Assembly: GCF_001194135.2 (NCBI RefSeq)
Contig: NC_068981.1
Span: 52,428,796 to 52,492,795, forward strand
DNA from: Octopus bimaculoides
Taxonomy: Eukaryota
Length of the DNA stretch: 64,000 nt
Direction of reading: 5' to 3'
A model generated the notes under the pieces. It was given only the letters and a program-made list of their open reading frames with translations, did not search any database and had not been told where the DNA came from. This document shows, piece by piece, positions 35,991-47,527 of this stretch. Made by a program: the position numbers and the translations under genes. Within the stretch, counting starts at the first letter, position 1. Each line of letters opens with the position of its first letter.

Positions 35991-37481
35991 AGCATTTCAA
36001 CTGTCGCCATCTCAATACTTAATGATTCCTTATTTAAAACATTAAATGTTGAACGGCCAAGTAGGAGGGGTTTTTTTCTTCTTTTTTTTTTTTTACAAGA
36101 GTTGAATTACAGAAATTCCAACTGAAGGTCAACTGCATCGCTTCAAAAGCCTGTTAATCTTCTAGGGAAAGACTACATATATAAAACAAGGATATCGTCT
36201 ATTAAATCAAAATAAACACAAAATGGGTATATATTTTATCGAAAATGTCGGCTTTAATAGGATTTTAACTCAGAAGGTAGGCGCCAGATATGAACATTGT
36301 AAGGTGGCCATCAACTTAATTATTATAATGATATCATATTGCCGGTTCTATGATTGGTAAATACATCTTAAAAAAACAGGCAATACAAAACGCCCGCAAC
36401 AATAACAAATCAGATTGTTTATAGATTTATTGGAAAATTTTAATTTCTTGCTCAAAGACAAAATGAAATGTCTGAATGGATATAAAATACTGTAACTCAA
36501 ACTAAAATTATCTCCAAAACACTAAAATGTAATTGAAGAATCAATAAACTGACCGTTTTTCACATTTCAGCTTCTATGACATAACGGTTCATCACTTCTA
36601 TTGCATCACGAAAATGAGTTATGTGACGTCTATGATAATGTAAATATTATCATCACTACCACAGAAAAAAGCTTAAGGTGAAAAAGTTTGATTAAATGGC
36701 TTAAGTCAACGAATATTTCTTAAGAATATCAACTGAAAAGTTCTGGACGCAATAAATATTTGAAAATACCATTTAAAAATAAATTTTAATTCTTTGTTCA
36801 TGAAAATCAGAAAAAAATTCCTAAATAAAGATTCTGAGTTTCATTTGAATTAATGTTTATTGAGACACCTATAAAGTGTGTGTGTGTGTGTGTACATATA
36901 TATATATATATATAGTGTGTGTGTATATATATATAGCGTGTGTGTGTTATGTTTGTTTATAGTAATGACAGATGTATCTCTGTAAAACCAAATCTGCGAC
37001 ACGGTTTCAATGCTCGGTTTTAGCTACTTCAGTTAGGATATGGCCACAACTAAGGTTAAATTAAAAGAAAATTATTTCAATTTAAAAATATATCCACCGG
37101 TTCACTACAGCAATGAATATATACCTTCTATAGCAACAATTTTGGAGGGTTGTACACCGCACTCATCCAACAAATATACTGATGGAAGTATGTACAATAC
37201 GGCAAGTGTCTAGAGAAACATTAACCGGGTATGTCTGACAGCAACTTAAAGTGTCGAGAGAATGCAATCAAACAAGGTTTCGCAGCAAAAACGTACTGCA
37301 GTTTTAAACTATTTCGTCTAAATATATTGCTTATATATTATATATACAGACGAAGGACTAACATTGAGTCCATCAAACAAACAATTTACACAACAATTAC
37401 ATACATATATCTTGGGTTGTAATTTATACACCCAAATCTTCGTTTTTGATAATCAAGTAAAGAATAACAATAAAAGGTCAC

Positions 37482-37600
37482 ACTTACGGACATATAAAAG
37501 GAGAGAAAGCTTGGAATGTTATTAAAACCGAAAGACAACATGCCGTAGCACGCTTAAATTTTGAATCTCAACAACAAACAAGTCTACGCATGCGTATTTG
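37482..37600 (-). promoter_or_regulatory. Probable CEP83 non-coding first exon and promoter
   Basis: Consensus donor CC|GTAAGT at 37487-37482. CpG density is visibly higher around 36.0-37.7 kb than in the flanks. Perfect palindrome TACGCATGCGTA at 37585-37596 resembles the NRF1/EWG motif. Confidence 0.5.
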
Positions 37601-40600
37601 GTGACAGCATGCAAAGCACTGAATAGTTTCGGTCCGGGTACTTTTCTAACGAGATCTTCAATAATTCCATTCTTATCTAGAATGAAAATTAGGAACCCAA
37701 TACTTGACTAATATTTTATTTTATTGGTCCTAGAAGTATAAAAGGTAAAGTTCACATCGATAGGATTTGAACTCAGAATGCCAAGTGTCTGGTACTTAGT
37801 TACGATGCTCTAACGATTCTACCTGCCAAATTTGATTCCCATCCCACCTAATCCTCTTATATAATATTTTTTATCCATGCGCGGTTCGAAATAATGGGTT
37901 TAATCAGAACAAGATGTAAAGAATTAACTTTCACTTTAGCAATGGACATATCTCGCTCTGTGGCCCCACTCACTGCAGGCCCCTCCAGTTCCTCTCACCA
38001 TCACTTGCTATCTCTAAATATGTCCCCTCACACTCCCCATATGGTACATCTCCTAATTTTTATGAGGTCTGAGTTCAGTGAATTTGAAAACATTAATTTG
38101 CTTTTCCAAAAACGAATGTTGGATCACTGTAACATCTTAGCTGAACTGTGCAGTTTTGCATTGTCTATACTTTACAAGAAATTTATATATACAATATATG
38201 ATTCTTGAAATAAAATGAAACTGAATCACAGTACCACACAAACAGATCCCTGAATCAGAGGGTTGTCACTGGAGTGGTGCAAAGGTGTCCTCTGCTAAGA
38301 ATAGGGAATCGCCAACAAATGGTGGATGCAGTAACATGCTGTTACAGCACATGCCCCCATACTACTACTACTACAACAGTACCACTTACATGAAGAAAAT
38401 TTACTTTTGATATGAGTTCTCTAGCCATTCACCCAGCAAAATTTCATTAAAAAAATTCCCAACAAACACTACAAAAACAATGCCTAAGTTTTTTTGAGAT
38501 GAGCATGCAAAGAACTTTCTAGCCATCTACCTAGAAATATTGAAACTCTTCAAAAGATTAAAAGGTTTCCTCCCAAGAGTTTGATGTAGTCATATTCACC
38601 CATCTTTTGTAGCTCTCTCTTTAGCTTTGGTTGATCAATAATCTAAAATTGCAGAAATAGAGAACCAATAGTTCAAACTGTTTATACTTGTTTGGAAAAG
38701 TATATTTCCTGAGGGAATTCCTTTTAATGGGTTAGGAACACTTAAAGATGCAGCTTATGTAGAAACACTTAAAGATGCAGCTGGTGTAGAAGCACTAAAA
38801 GATGCAGCTGGTGTATCTAGATTGTTGAGTTTGCAAGAAGATACATTGATTATTTAGTGTGCCATGAAAATAATAATATAGTTGAAAGAGTGTTTTTCAA
38901 GGGTAACCTCCTCCAAAATTACACTGGATTGGATCTATTTTCATCAATTTTAAGACTAAAAATAAAATTCAAACAAAACATTTGTTGCTGATATTTAAAC
39001 TGCTAGTAAAGCTACATGCCTCAAGCATCTACATCTAAATGAAGAAGAAATTATAGAAGAGAAGAATTGAATTCTTGATGCCTTAAAGTTTAAAATTTTA
39101 AAGGTAAAAATACTATTGAATATCATGTTTAATTATCAGCAAGGAAAATTAAAATTGGCTGGCAGGCTATCATCATCAACATCATCATCATTGTCATTTA
39201 ACATATTTTTTTCTGTACTGGTATGGGTTGAATGATTTTATATCAACTGATGAGCCTAAGGGCTGCTCTAAGCTCAGTATCTGCTTTGGGATAGTTCCTA
39301 CTGCTTTCAAGGCAAGACCCCCCCCCCCGCCTCAACTGTAGGGTATAGTATTGAAGGATATAAAAGTATAATAGAGGAACAGAAGGGAGTATTTTGCTGA
39401 AAAAGTAAATACATGGCTTCCCCATATGGAAAGTACAAGGCAAATATATGGGAGAGAATATGGATAGAGGAACAGAAAATGAGGGAGGGAGGATGGGCTT
39501 GAAAAATCAAATTTGTGAATTTTTTTTAAATTTGTAATTTCCACTGTTTAATACATGGAAATCCAAAAGAACTTTCTAAAAAAGTAAAAGAATTTTCATA
39601 TATGGCGGGGCATGTGGGTAATGATTTAAAAAAAATTACTTTCAAATTATTTGGGGTTATTTTCCAACATGGTCTTCCTTTTGAAAATATGGGGCTACTT
39701 TTTTTTTTATTATTAAATTGATTTGACAGCCCTGAAACAGATACACTCCCTAGACTCAATTCTTGAGTGAACTGTTTGAACACTCCTTGTTTTCTGGCAA
39801 CCTTCCAGAATTCTCAGTCAGCCAGTATTCTCAAATAAACATCAATTTAAAGAAAGCATGAGAGGGAGTAAGAGCAGAAAAAATTGTTTCCATGTACATG
39901 TTCTATTTTAAAAAGTGGGTTGTTGATGAAGATAGAATGTGAGTTCCCAGTAAGTCATTTGTATGACCTACTTTCAATAATTGTTTGTACTATTTCACAT
40001 CATGTACCTTGGCTAGTGCCTCTAGAAGAAAAGATAAACTTATGTTTTCCCTTCATTACAAAATTTAAAGTTTATTTATATTTAGAAGAAAGCCAAGAAA
40101 TCTTTCCAGTATACATTTGTAAGGAATACTAAGAAATTTATATACCAATGAGAGGAACTTGCAAATGGTCTTCAATCTACTAGAAATAGCAACCAAATTG
40201 CACCTCACCTCTTAGAAAAGGATATCTTGGTAGTGCACAAGTTTCTGTAACATTTATCTAAAATCTTAGAATTCCAATACAACTGCATGACTTGTCATAA
40301 GAAGGGACTCTTCTGATGCTCCTAAGTACTGCCATCTCTTCACTCCTAACATCTACAAAATGAAGGAGACATTCTTCATCAACCATAATTTACAAATATT
40401 TTCTTTCAGCAGCATCAATACTTCAAATGGAAAAAAAGAAAAATTAATTTTCTCCAAATTGCCAGTAGCTTTAGAAATCTATAGCAAAACTCAGTATGTA
40501 GCTTCTGTCAAATAATGACATGAAAATCAAACCAAACTCCCTTCATAGACACAGACCAAGTTATAAAGAGCTAAAGCTTTCTTCTGAGCTATACACTAGA

Positions 40601-41149
40601 TCAATGAGATATTTCAATATCTACAACATTAAATCAATTGTTGTCGCTGATTTATCAGTCACTGTTAATTTAATTTTTAATGATGTAGCTAACACAAACC
40701 TCCAGCCCTATATTTTTAGTCCAACACTAAATCTACAGCTAATAGTAACAGCTTTAACTATGTATATTCATTACAAAAACAAATTACATTGTAAGGTCAA
40801 AATGCATGTAGGCACTTAGGTTTTCTCTCAAGAATCAAATATACAATACTAACAACTGTGATTCACTAGAGGAAATAGCACAGCCTAAAATCACCAATAT
40901 CCTTAACTACATTTAGAAGAAAGCTATCTACATTCCTGTTTTACCTGTTTTATTTTTATGTACCAAATTAGAGGAAAGAGGCAGTGCCCATAACTTCTAA
41001 AGACCTTCCTACAGAGGAATCCTAGTCTTTGAGATTCACTTCTAGTGATATATGTTTAGATGTCAACTGTGTGTAAAGTGGTTGAGGAGGAGTGAAGAGG
41101 AATTCATCTGCATAGGAATGTGTTTTTGAGAGAAAAGAGCAAATAAAGT

Positions 41150-41700
41150 GTTAATATACAAAAGGAAGATACAACCAGACCTTACAGAACACCAGGATTT
41201 GCAGAATGTGGATTGGAGAAGCCCCAAGAAGCTTCTGATCTAAGAATGAGAAATAGATGGAGCCCATAAGTAAGCAGCTTAGAAGCTCACAGTCTAAAGC
41301 TTTGCTGATGACAGGAGCAATTATATCATTTTCAGCAAACTTTTCTTGCTTAGAATGTCCCCATGCTACTGAAGTATTACTTTTTAACATTGACTCTCTG
41401 TTTAGAGACATAGGAGAGCAATTTTAGAGCACAGGAAGGAGAAACCATCAAAATGATTCTTAACTTTTTCTACTACCTTTGAGATGTTGGAGCTGAGAGT
41501 AACTATATGGTAATTGTCAGAGGAGGAGGAGTTACTCTCCTTGGAGATGTGACACAGTGTAGCACATTTACAATGACTGGGGTAGATCTCTGTAAAGAAA
41601 GATTAAAGAGTTTGGCAAGTTTTGAAGTGATGGAAAGGATACAATCTGCAAAATTGACCAGGCTGAATTGGACCAATCAAACAGATTTCTTTTTTTTTTT
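41150..41700 (-). mobile_element. Old CR1/L2-type LINE RT remnant
   Basis: Broken frames give SKLAKLFNLSL, an NY..SNIS-like segment and APVISKALD (cf. ALDISKAFD). Confidence 0.55.
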
Positions 41701-42858
41701 TTCAATTGTGATTGGTGAGATAGAGGAGTGTTTGGAATGAGTTTTGTGTGTATGCAGTTTTAAGAGCATAGCAAGCAAAAAACGTTTACTTCATGCTGCA
41801 GAGTTCAGATGTGATTAGTAGTATTCCTCAATACTAATTCAACACCTCTTGGTACCTTACTAGAAGGACCAGATATAAACTGAGAGCTGAGATAGTTTGA
41901 AAGTTGCACAGTGCAGAAAAGGGTCCTTTATACTTCATAAAAAAAAAAGTTTAAATTAAAATTATGAGTCTAATTTCTGAGATGCATCATTTTATTACAT
42001 TTTAAAATTAATTCTTTGTTTCTACCAACACTCATATGTTTGTTGGTTATCTTCAGTATTCAGGTTACAAACTGGGCCTTTGAAAATAATAACTATAAAC
42101 ATAAAGTCACATATTCTGATATTGCATGAACTTTCTGCATGAGTTGTCAAAAAAATTATCCACCTTTCTGTGCCTGAAGAGATTTTCTATGTTATAAAAT
42201 ATGTGACATTCAAGTTTTCAAACTTTTTGTGTTATATGAAAAATATAACATTACAATTCATCTGAATAATATTGTAATAACTTCCTTTTATTGGAGATTA
42301 ATTGCAGGAGTGAAACTACTATTAAATGAACAAGTCAAAATACTATTATAAATTTTAGCCTATAACTACAAATTGCCAATTCATCTATATAATTATATTA
42401 TTTAATAAGCAACACAAGCATGTTATCATTAAGTTAGCATGTTTGGTGAATACATACGCTTAAAGATCATGCAAAAAAAGATAAAACAAAATTTGTTTTA
42501 TTTGAGTTTATATAATAAATCAAATGAGCCAAGGGGAGTAATTCAAATGAATTATTGAAGGCGTGAAGTAACAAATGCAATATGCAAAAAATTCTAAAAT
42601 GGAATTTCTCTCATTGATGGGAGAAAGAAAAGAAAACGTAGCAGTAATTGTCAGTGGCTTTCAAAGAAAAGACCATTTCAGTGGTGTGTGTGTGTATATA
42701 CATGATGATATATGAATATATATCATCATCATCATCGTTTAACATCCACCTTCTGTGCTGGCAATGGTTTGGTGGTTTGATAGGGGCTGGCCAAGCAGAA
42801 GACTGCACCAGGTAGTAAAGCAGATTCACTGGCTCAGTGTTCATTAAGTAATCAATTA

Positions 42859-43190
42859 ATGGGAGATATGAGAATCTTTATTGATGACTACAATTATTTT
42901 GACCCATCTAGAATTGATCACTTGTGGGTGGGATACTGAATGTCTGGTTTAGTTGTATCCATCAGTGTAGATGTGTCCTCCTCAGGTAATTTCAAGAGGT
43001 ATCTCATTAAAATAAACTCCAGTTTCACAAGAGCATATTTTAGTGAGATACCTCTTGAAATCACCCGAGGAGACACATTTACACTGGCAGGTACAACTAA
43101 ATCAGACGTTCAGTATCCCACCCATGAGAGATCAATGCTAGATGGGTCAAAACAATTGTAGTGATCAATAAAAATTTTCATATCTTCCAT
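42859..43190. repeat. 332-bp fold-back element: 156/155-nt inverted arms with a 21-nt loop
   Basis: Arms 42859-43014 and 43036-43190 differ by 19 substitutions and 1 indel by manual alignment (about 87% identical). Confidence 0.95.
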
Positions 43191-43842
43191 CTTCTGTCTC
43201 TCATTAATCAAATAAATAAATATATATACACATATATATATCTTATTTTGCTTAGGCATAGCAAGACTAATTTATCTAAGTTTGTGCAGTGTGTATGTAT
43301 GTATCTATGTCTTTGCAATGTGCATGCATGTACATACATATATATCTATATGTGCTTATGTCTATAGTGTGCATGTATCTATGCCTGTGCGATGTGTATG
43401 CATGTCTGGTTGTGTACATCTGTATCTGTCTATGTGATAGATTTGTGTGCAAGTATATGCACTTGTGTAGTATATGTATATATTTCAATTTCACTCTCTA
43501 TTCTTTCCATCACACTCCTTTTTTCAAACACACACTAAAATTCTCCTTCTCCTGGGGCTGGCAGTGTATAGCATGTCTATGCAGAGACATGATTAATCTA
43601 ATAGAAATATAACAGTATATAAATTTTTAAAAATGTATATCTTGTATCAGTAAAACAGCATAGAAAATAGGTTTCTTTCTATTTTACTAATATGAAAATT
43701 AAAAAAGTCACCATTAGAGAAATGAATTCAACTGGTTACTTTATTAATGTTATCAAGGCAATGCAACAGAATGACAACAACAATACAGTACTATGGTAAA
43801 TATTTAACTAGACTTAATTTCGCATCTATACATTTATCTACA

Positions 43843-44920
43843 GGGTAGATAAAGCAATTAAAGAAGTTAAGTCAGGAAAAGACCCGGCCCATCAGGAATC
43901 ACTGCTGACTGGAATGAGAGCTTTTGTGTGCGGAAGATGCACAGGGGTAATAAACACCGAAGATGCTCAGAAAACAGATTCCATCACATGCCAGAGGGAA
44001 AAACTAGAAATAGTTGATAGCTTCCATTACCTAAGAGACCAAGTCTGTAGTGGGGGTGGATGCTCTGAGAGCGTTGCCACTAAAATAAGAATAGCCTAGG
44101 CAAAGTTTCAGAAAGCTCCTACCTCTGCTGGTGACAAAGGGCCTTTCGATCAGAGTGAAAGGTAGATTGTATGATGCATGTGTGCATACTGCCATGCTAC
44201 ATGGCAGTGAAACATGGGCCATGACTGTTGAGGACATACATAGGCTTGAAAGAAATGAAGTTAGTATGATCCGCTGGATCTGTAATGTCAGTGTGCACAC
44301 ACGACAGAGTGTAAGCGCTCTGAGAGAAATGTTGGACATAAGAAGCATCAGATGTGGTGTGCAAGAGAGACGACTGTGCTGGTATGGTCATGTCCTGCAT
44401 ATGGATGAGGAGAGCTGTGTGAAGAAGTGTCGCTCCCTAACAGTGGAAGGAACCTGTGGAAGCGGGAGACCCAGGTAAACATGGGATGAGGTGGTGAAGC
44501 ACGGCCTTTGAATGTTGGGCCTCACAGAGGGAATGACAAGAGACTGAGACCTCTGGAGGTATGCTGTGATTGAGTGGACCTGGCAAGTAAAGTGAGATTA
44601 CAGCTGTAGCCTATACCAGTATCACATAATCAGCCCATTTAAAAAGTACCTTTGAATCGTCAGGCAACACGCCATGCTTGAGGAGAAATTGTAGTTGTGG
44701 CCGATGCCAGTGTCACCTGACTGGCTCCTATGCTGGTGGAACACATTAAGCACCATTCGTATGTGGGTTGTTGCCAGTGCTGCCTGACTAGTTACCCATG
44801 CTGGTGGTATGTAAAAAGCACCATCCGAACATGGTGCAGCCTCCTGGTTTGCCAGTCCCCAGTCAAACCGTCCAACACATGCCAGCATGGGAAACAGATG
44901 TTAAGCGATGATGATGATGA
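43843..44920 (+). mobile_element. RTEX LINE fragment with a large internal RT deletion, plus tail
   Basis: VDKAIKEVKSGK..GPSGITA is fused directly to FVCGRCTG, followed by MLHGSETWAM, RRLCWYGHVLHMD, GSGRPR, 2 tandem units and (gat)n. Confidence 0.88.
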
Positions 44921-45793
44921 CATTCTGAGTTTGAATCCTCTGAGGGCCTAGTTTGCTTTCAACTTATCTGGCACTGAAAGAATAAATACTAACTATATAC
45001 TGAGGTTGATTCACATATCAGAGATGAATGTAGAGTGATAACTGAAAAGTCAATATTTTAGCCATTCAGCTGAAGTAATTCATCAATCTTACCTGAAAGA
45101 AATATCATAAAAGTGAGATAAAATTAAGTGTAAACTAATACAGTTGGTAATTCTTTATCTAAAAACCTCTGAAATCTGAACTTTTCTGGAAGTGAGAGGA
45201 TCTCCACAAATGGAAAATTCCATAAAGTGCTTGGAATTTTACTTCCACTTAATTGTTTTTTTAAATATTTTTTATTTGTTGAGTTGGCTTAATGATTTGA
45301 CACTTATTTCAGCAATCTTGTAGTATGATATTTCATTCACTCTCCTAAAGTAGTTTACAGATGGATTTGTTGTTTCATAATGTGAAAGTAAATTTGCTGT
45401 AAATTACATGCGAATCTATTTGGTGCTTGAGCATTTGGCCACAAATACTCCTAGCTATACATGAACAATATTAATTTCTTTAAAATTATAATTGCTCTCA
45501 CAATGTTGTCTTCATTTGTTCGAAAGTCTTACTGTTAAAACTATTATAATTGATATAATTTGTTTGTAAATTAATGGAAAACTCTTCATTATGTCACTAA
45601 TCTAATATGTGTCCATCTGTCTTATAACTATTTAAGAAAAATAGTGGGGAGGGGGTAAGGGAGGTGACTTGATCGTTACCATTTGTTTTTGTTGACTGAG
45701 CAACTGCATCTTTTTAACTTTTGTGAACCAACATCAAACATTGGAAAATATATTTCATAAAATTTTTATGATTTCATAAGTTTTTGAAGTGTT

Positions 45794-45940
45794 ATAAGCA
45801 GTGAAATAACTTAGATGAAGTCTCATCATCATCATCATCATCATCGTTTAACGTCCGCTTTCCATGCTAGCATGGAAAGCGGATGTTAAACGATGATGAT
45901 GATGAGGAGGAGACTTCTTCTAAGTTATTTCACTGCTTAT
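45794..45940. repeat. Near-perfect 147-bp palindrome centred on CCATGCTAGCATGG
   Basis: Arms of 75 and 72 nt with no spacer, 4 mismatches and a one-triplet indel. Confidence 0.97.
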
Positions 45941-46279
45941 TTGGAAAAGTTTTAAAAAAAAAGGTGTGTGTGTGTGTGTGGTGATGTTATAGATGGGCAT
46001 AAAATGAAAGTGTAAAGTGTTGTTGATAAAACTGAAATGAAAGTGTAACGTAGGTAGGCTTGTTTCGATGGAAAGCTAAATGTTCTCAAAGTGAAGCCGT
46101 TATATGTTGTACAAAACAGGAGATATCTTAGACAAGTGTCTTCTACTACAGCTCTGGACCAGCCAATGCCTTATGAATGTATTTGGTGGATGGGAACTGT
46201 ATGGAAGACCATTGTATGACAATTAGTGTTGATTTATACAAATCTATATTTCTGAGATGAGGAATTGATATTATGTATA

Positions 46280-46484
46280 CAATAATCCCTCAACTATCGC
46301 ATGTGTTATGTTCCAAAACCCCCTGCGATAGGTGAAAATCTGTGAAGTAGAAACAATACTGTACTGTATATTTTAAAAATTATATTTATAATTTGTATAT
46401 AATTATTTTATTATAAAAGCAAAACATCACAGTGGAATCGATGTAAGCTTAAATAATAAACCATGATGTGGCATGGGATTACTG
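46280..46484. mobile_element. Tigger/pogo-type MITE
   Basis: TA-CAATAATCCCTC...ATGGGATTACTG-TA; imperfect CAGTAATCCC TIRs and TA TSD. Confidence 0.7.
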
Positions 46485-46926
46485 TATTGTTTATATTTGT
46501 TGGACGGGTGTACTCATCTTTAGTGTTGCTTTCACTACATTTTGGCTGTTGTACACTCCAGCCTTCTTCAAGTGTCTTGTGTTAACCTTAGTTGTATTAG
46601 AATTTCAAATTTAACCCTTTACAGGAGCACACTATTCTCATTCCTTTCTTTGCATTTCATGACATTTTTTGCTTCAAGTTGATTTGTGAATTACCTTAGT
46701 GCCTTGCCTGGGATTGAACTTACAACCTCTAGGTGACTGCATTACATTAACCAACGTCTTTACTACTCTATGGCATAGCATGTTGACAGAATAAGTACTA
46801 CTCTTAAAAAAAAAGTGCTGGGGGTCAATTTGTTAGACTAAACCCCTTCATGGTGCTCCAGCATGGCTGCAGTCCAATGATTAAAACAAATAAAAGATAA
46901 AACCAAATTTATAAAAGTACCTTCTC

Positions 46927-46951
46927 AATACACACACACACATACATACAA

Positions 46952-47022
<71 letters not shown>

Positions 47023-47029
47023 CACATGC
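46927..47029. repeat. Compound (CA)n/(TA)n microsatellite
   Basis: Seen directly in the sequence. Confidence 0.95.
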
Positions 47030-47251
47030 TGTATTTTGAAATGGTAATGGATAACATGTTTAGACTTGGATCTCATTCTTAAGCTAACATTTTATAGATA
47101 CAAATATTCAAACATTCGAAAATCTCAAAATACTTTCAATCCCAAGATTTCTGATAAAAGATTATCAACTCTGATTTGGAAAGACTGATATAACTTTAAT
47201 TTCCTTTGTATTACAAATAAATAAACAAAAACAAAACTTGTGGCAGACTTT

Positions 47252-47321
47252 TTTATTTTCTGTAAACTAACTGACATGAAGTATGCATGGTAGGTTAAAG
47301 TCCAACCAAATTGATTTTATT
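47252..47321 (-). terminator. Candidate CYC1 polyadenylation signals
   Basis: Minus-strand AATAAA at 47321-47316 and 47257-47252, about 105 and 170 nt past the stop codon. Confidence 0.5.
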
Positions 47322-47425
47322 ATCAGTTTCTTTTTGTTAACTAAACAAGTAACATAAATTGGAGAGATATCCAAAAGTAGTTACTTGTACAGAGAAAGTT
47401 TTCATTGAACTAAAACAGACAATTA

Positions 47426-47527
47426 TTACCGAGGTTTGAAAGCAATTTTTCGGCTCTTCAACACAGACCACTTATGTCGTTTATAATAGAAACTCACAGA
47501 AATCAGAAGGCCAAATATAACAGCAGC
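47426..47527 (-). CDS. CYC1: CYC1 last exon
   Basis: ttttcag|GCT...CGG TAA; encodes [33 protein letters not shown]. Confidence 0.96.
   Translation of the reverse strand, partial: AAVIFGLLISVSFYYKRHKWSVLKSRKIAFKPR

Larger units (their letters stand above)
45141..47173. mobile_element. Possible old Tigger/MER2-like TIR element hosting later insertions
   Basis: TA-CAGTTGGTAATTCTTTATCTAAAA versus the reverse complement of the right end, GAGTTGATAATCTTTTATCAGAAA (about 75% identical). Confidence 0.35.

Noticed and set aside
39247-39275. Hammerhead core CTGATGA-GCC-taag-GGC
   Set aside because: It is followed by TGCT rather than GAAA, and there is no stem I or III.
43276-43612. Cys/Tyr/Met-rich ORFs
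   Set aside because: Translation of a degenerate (TG/TA)n low-complexity tract.
45645-45668. G-quadruplex
   Set aside because: Only three runs of 3 or more G; weak and in a decayed TE context.
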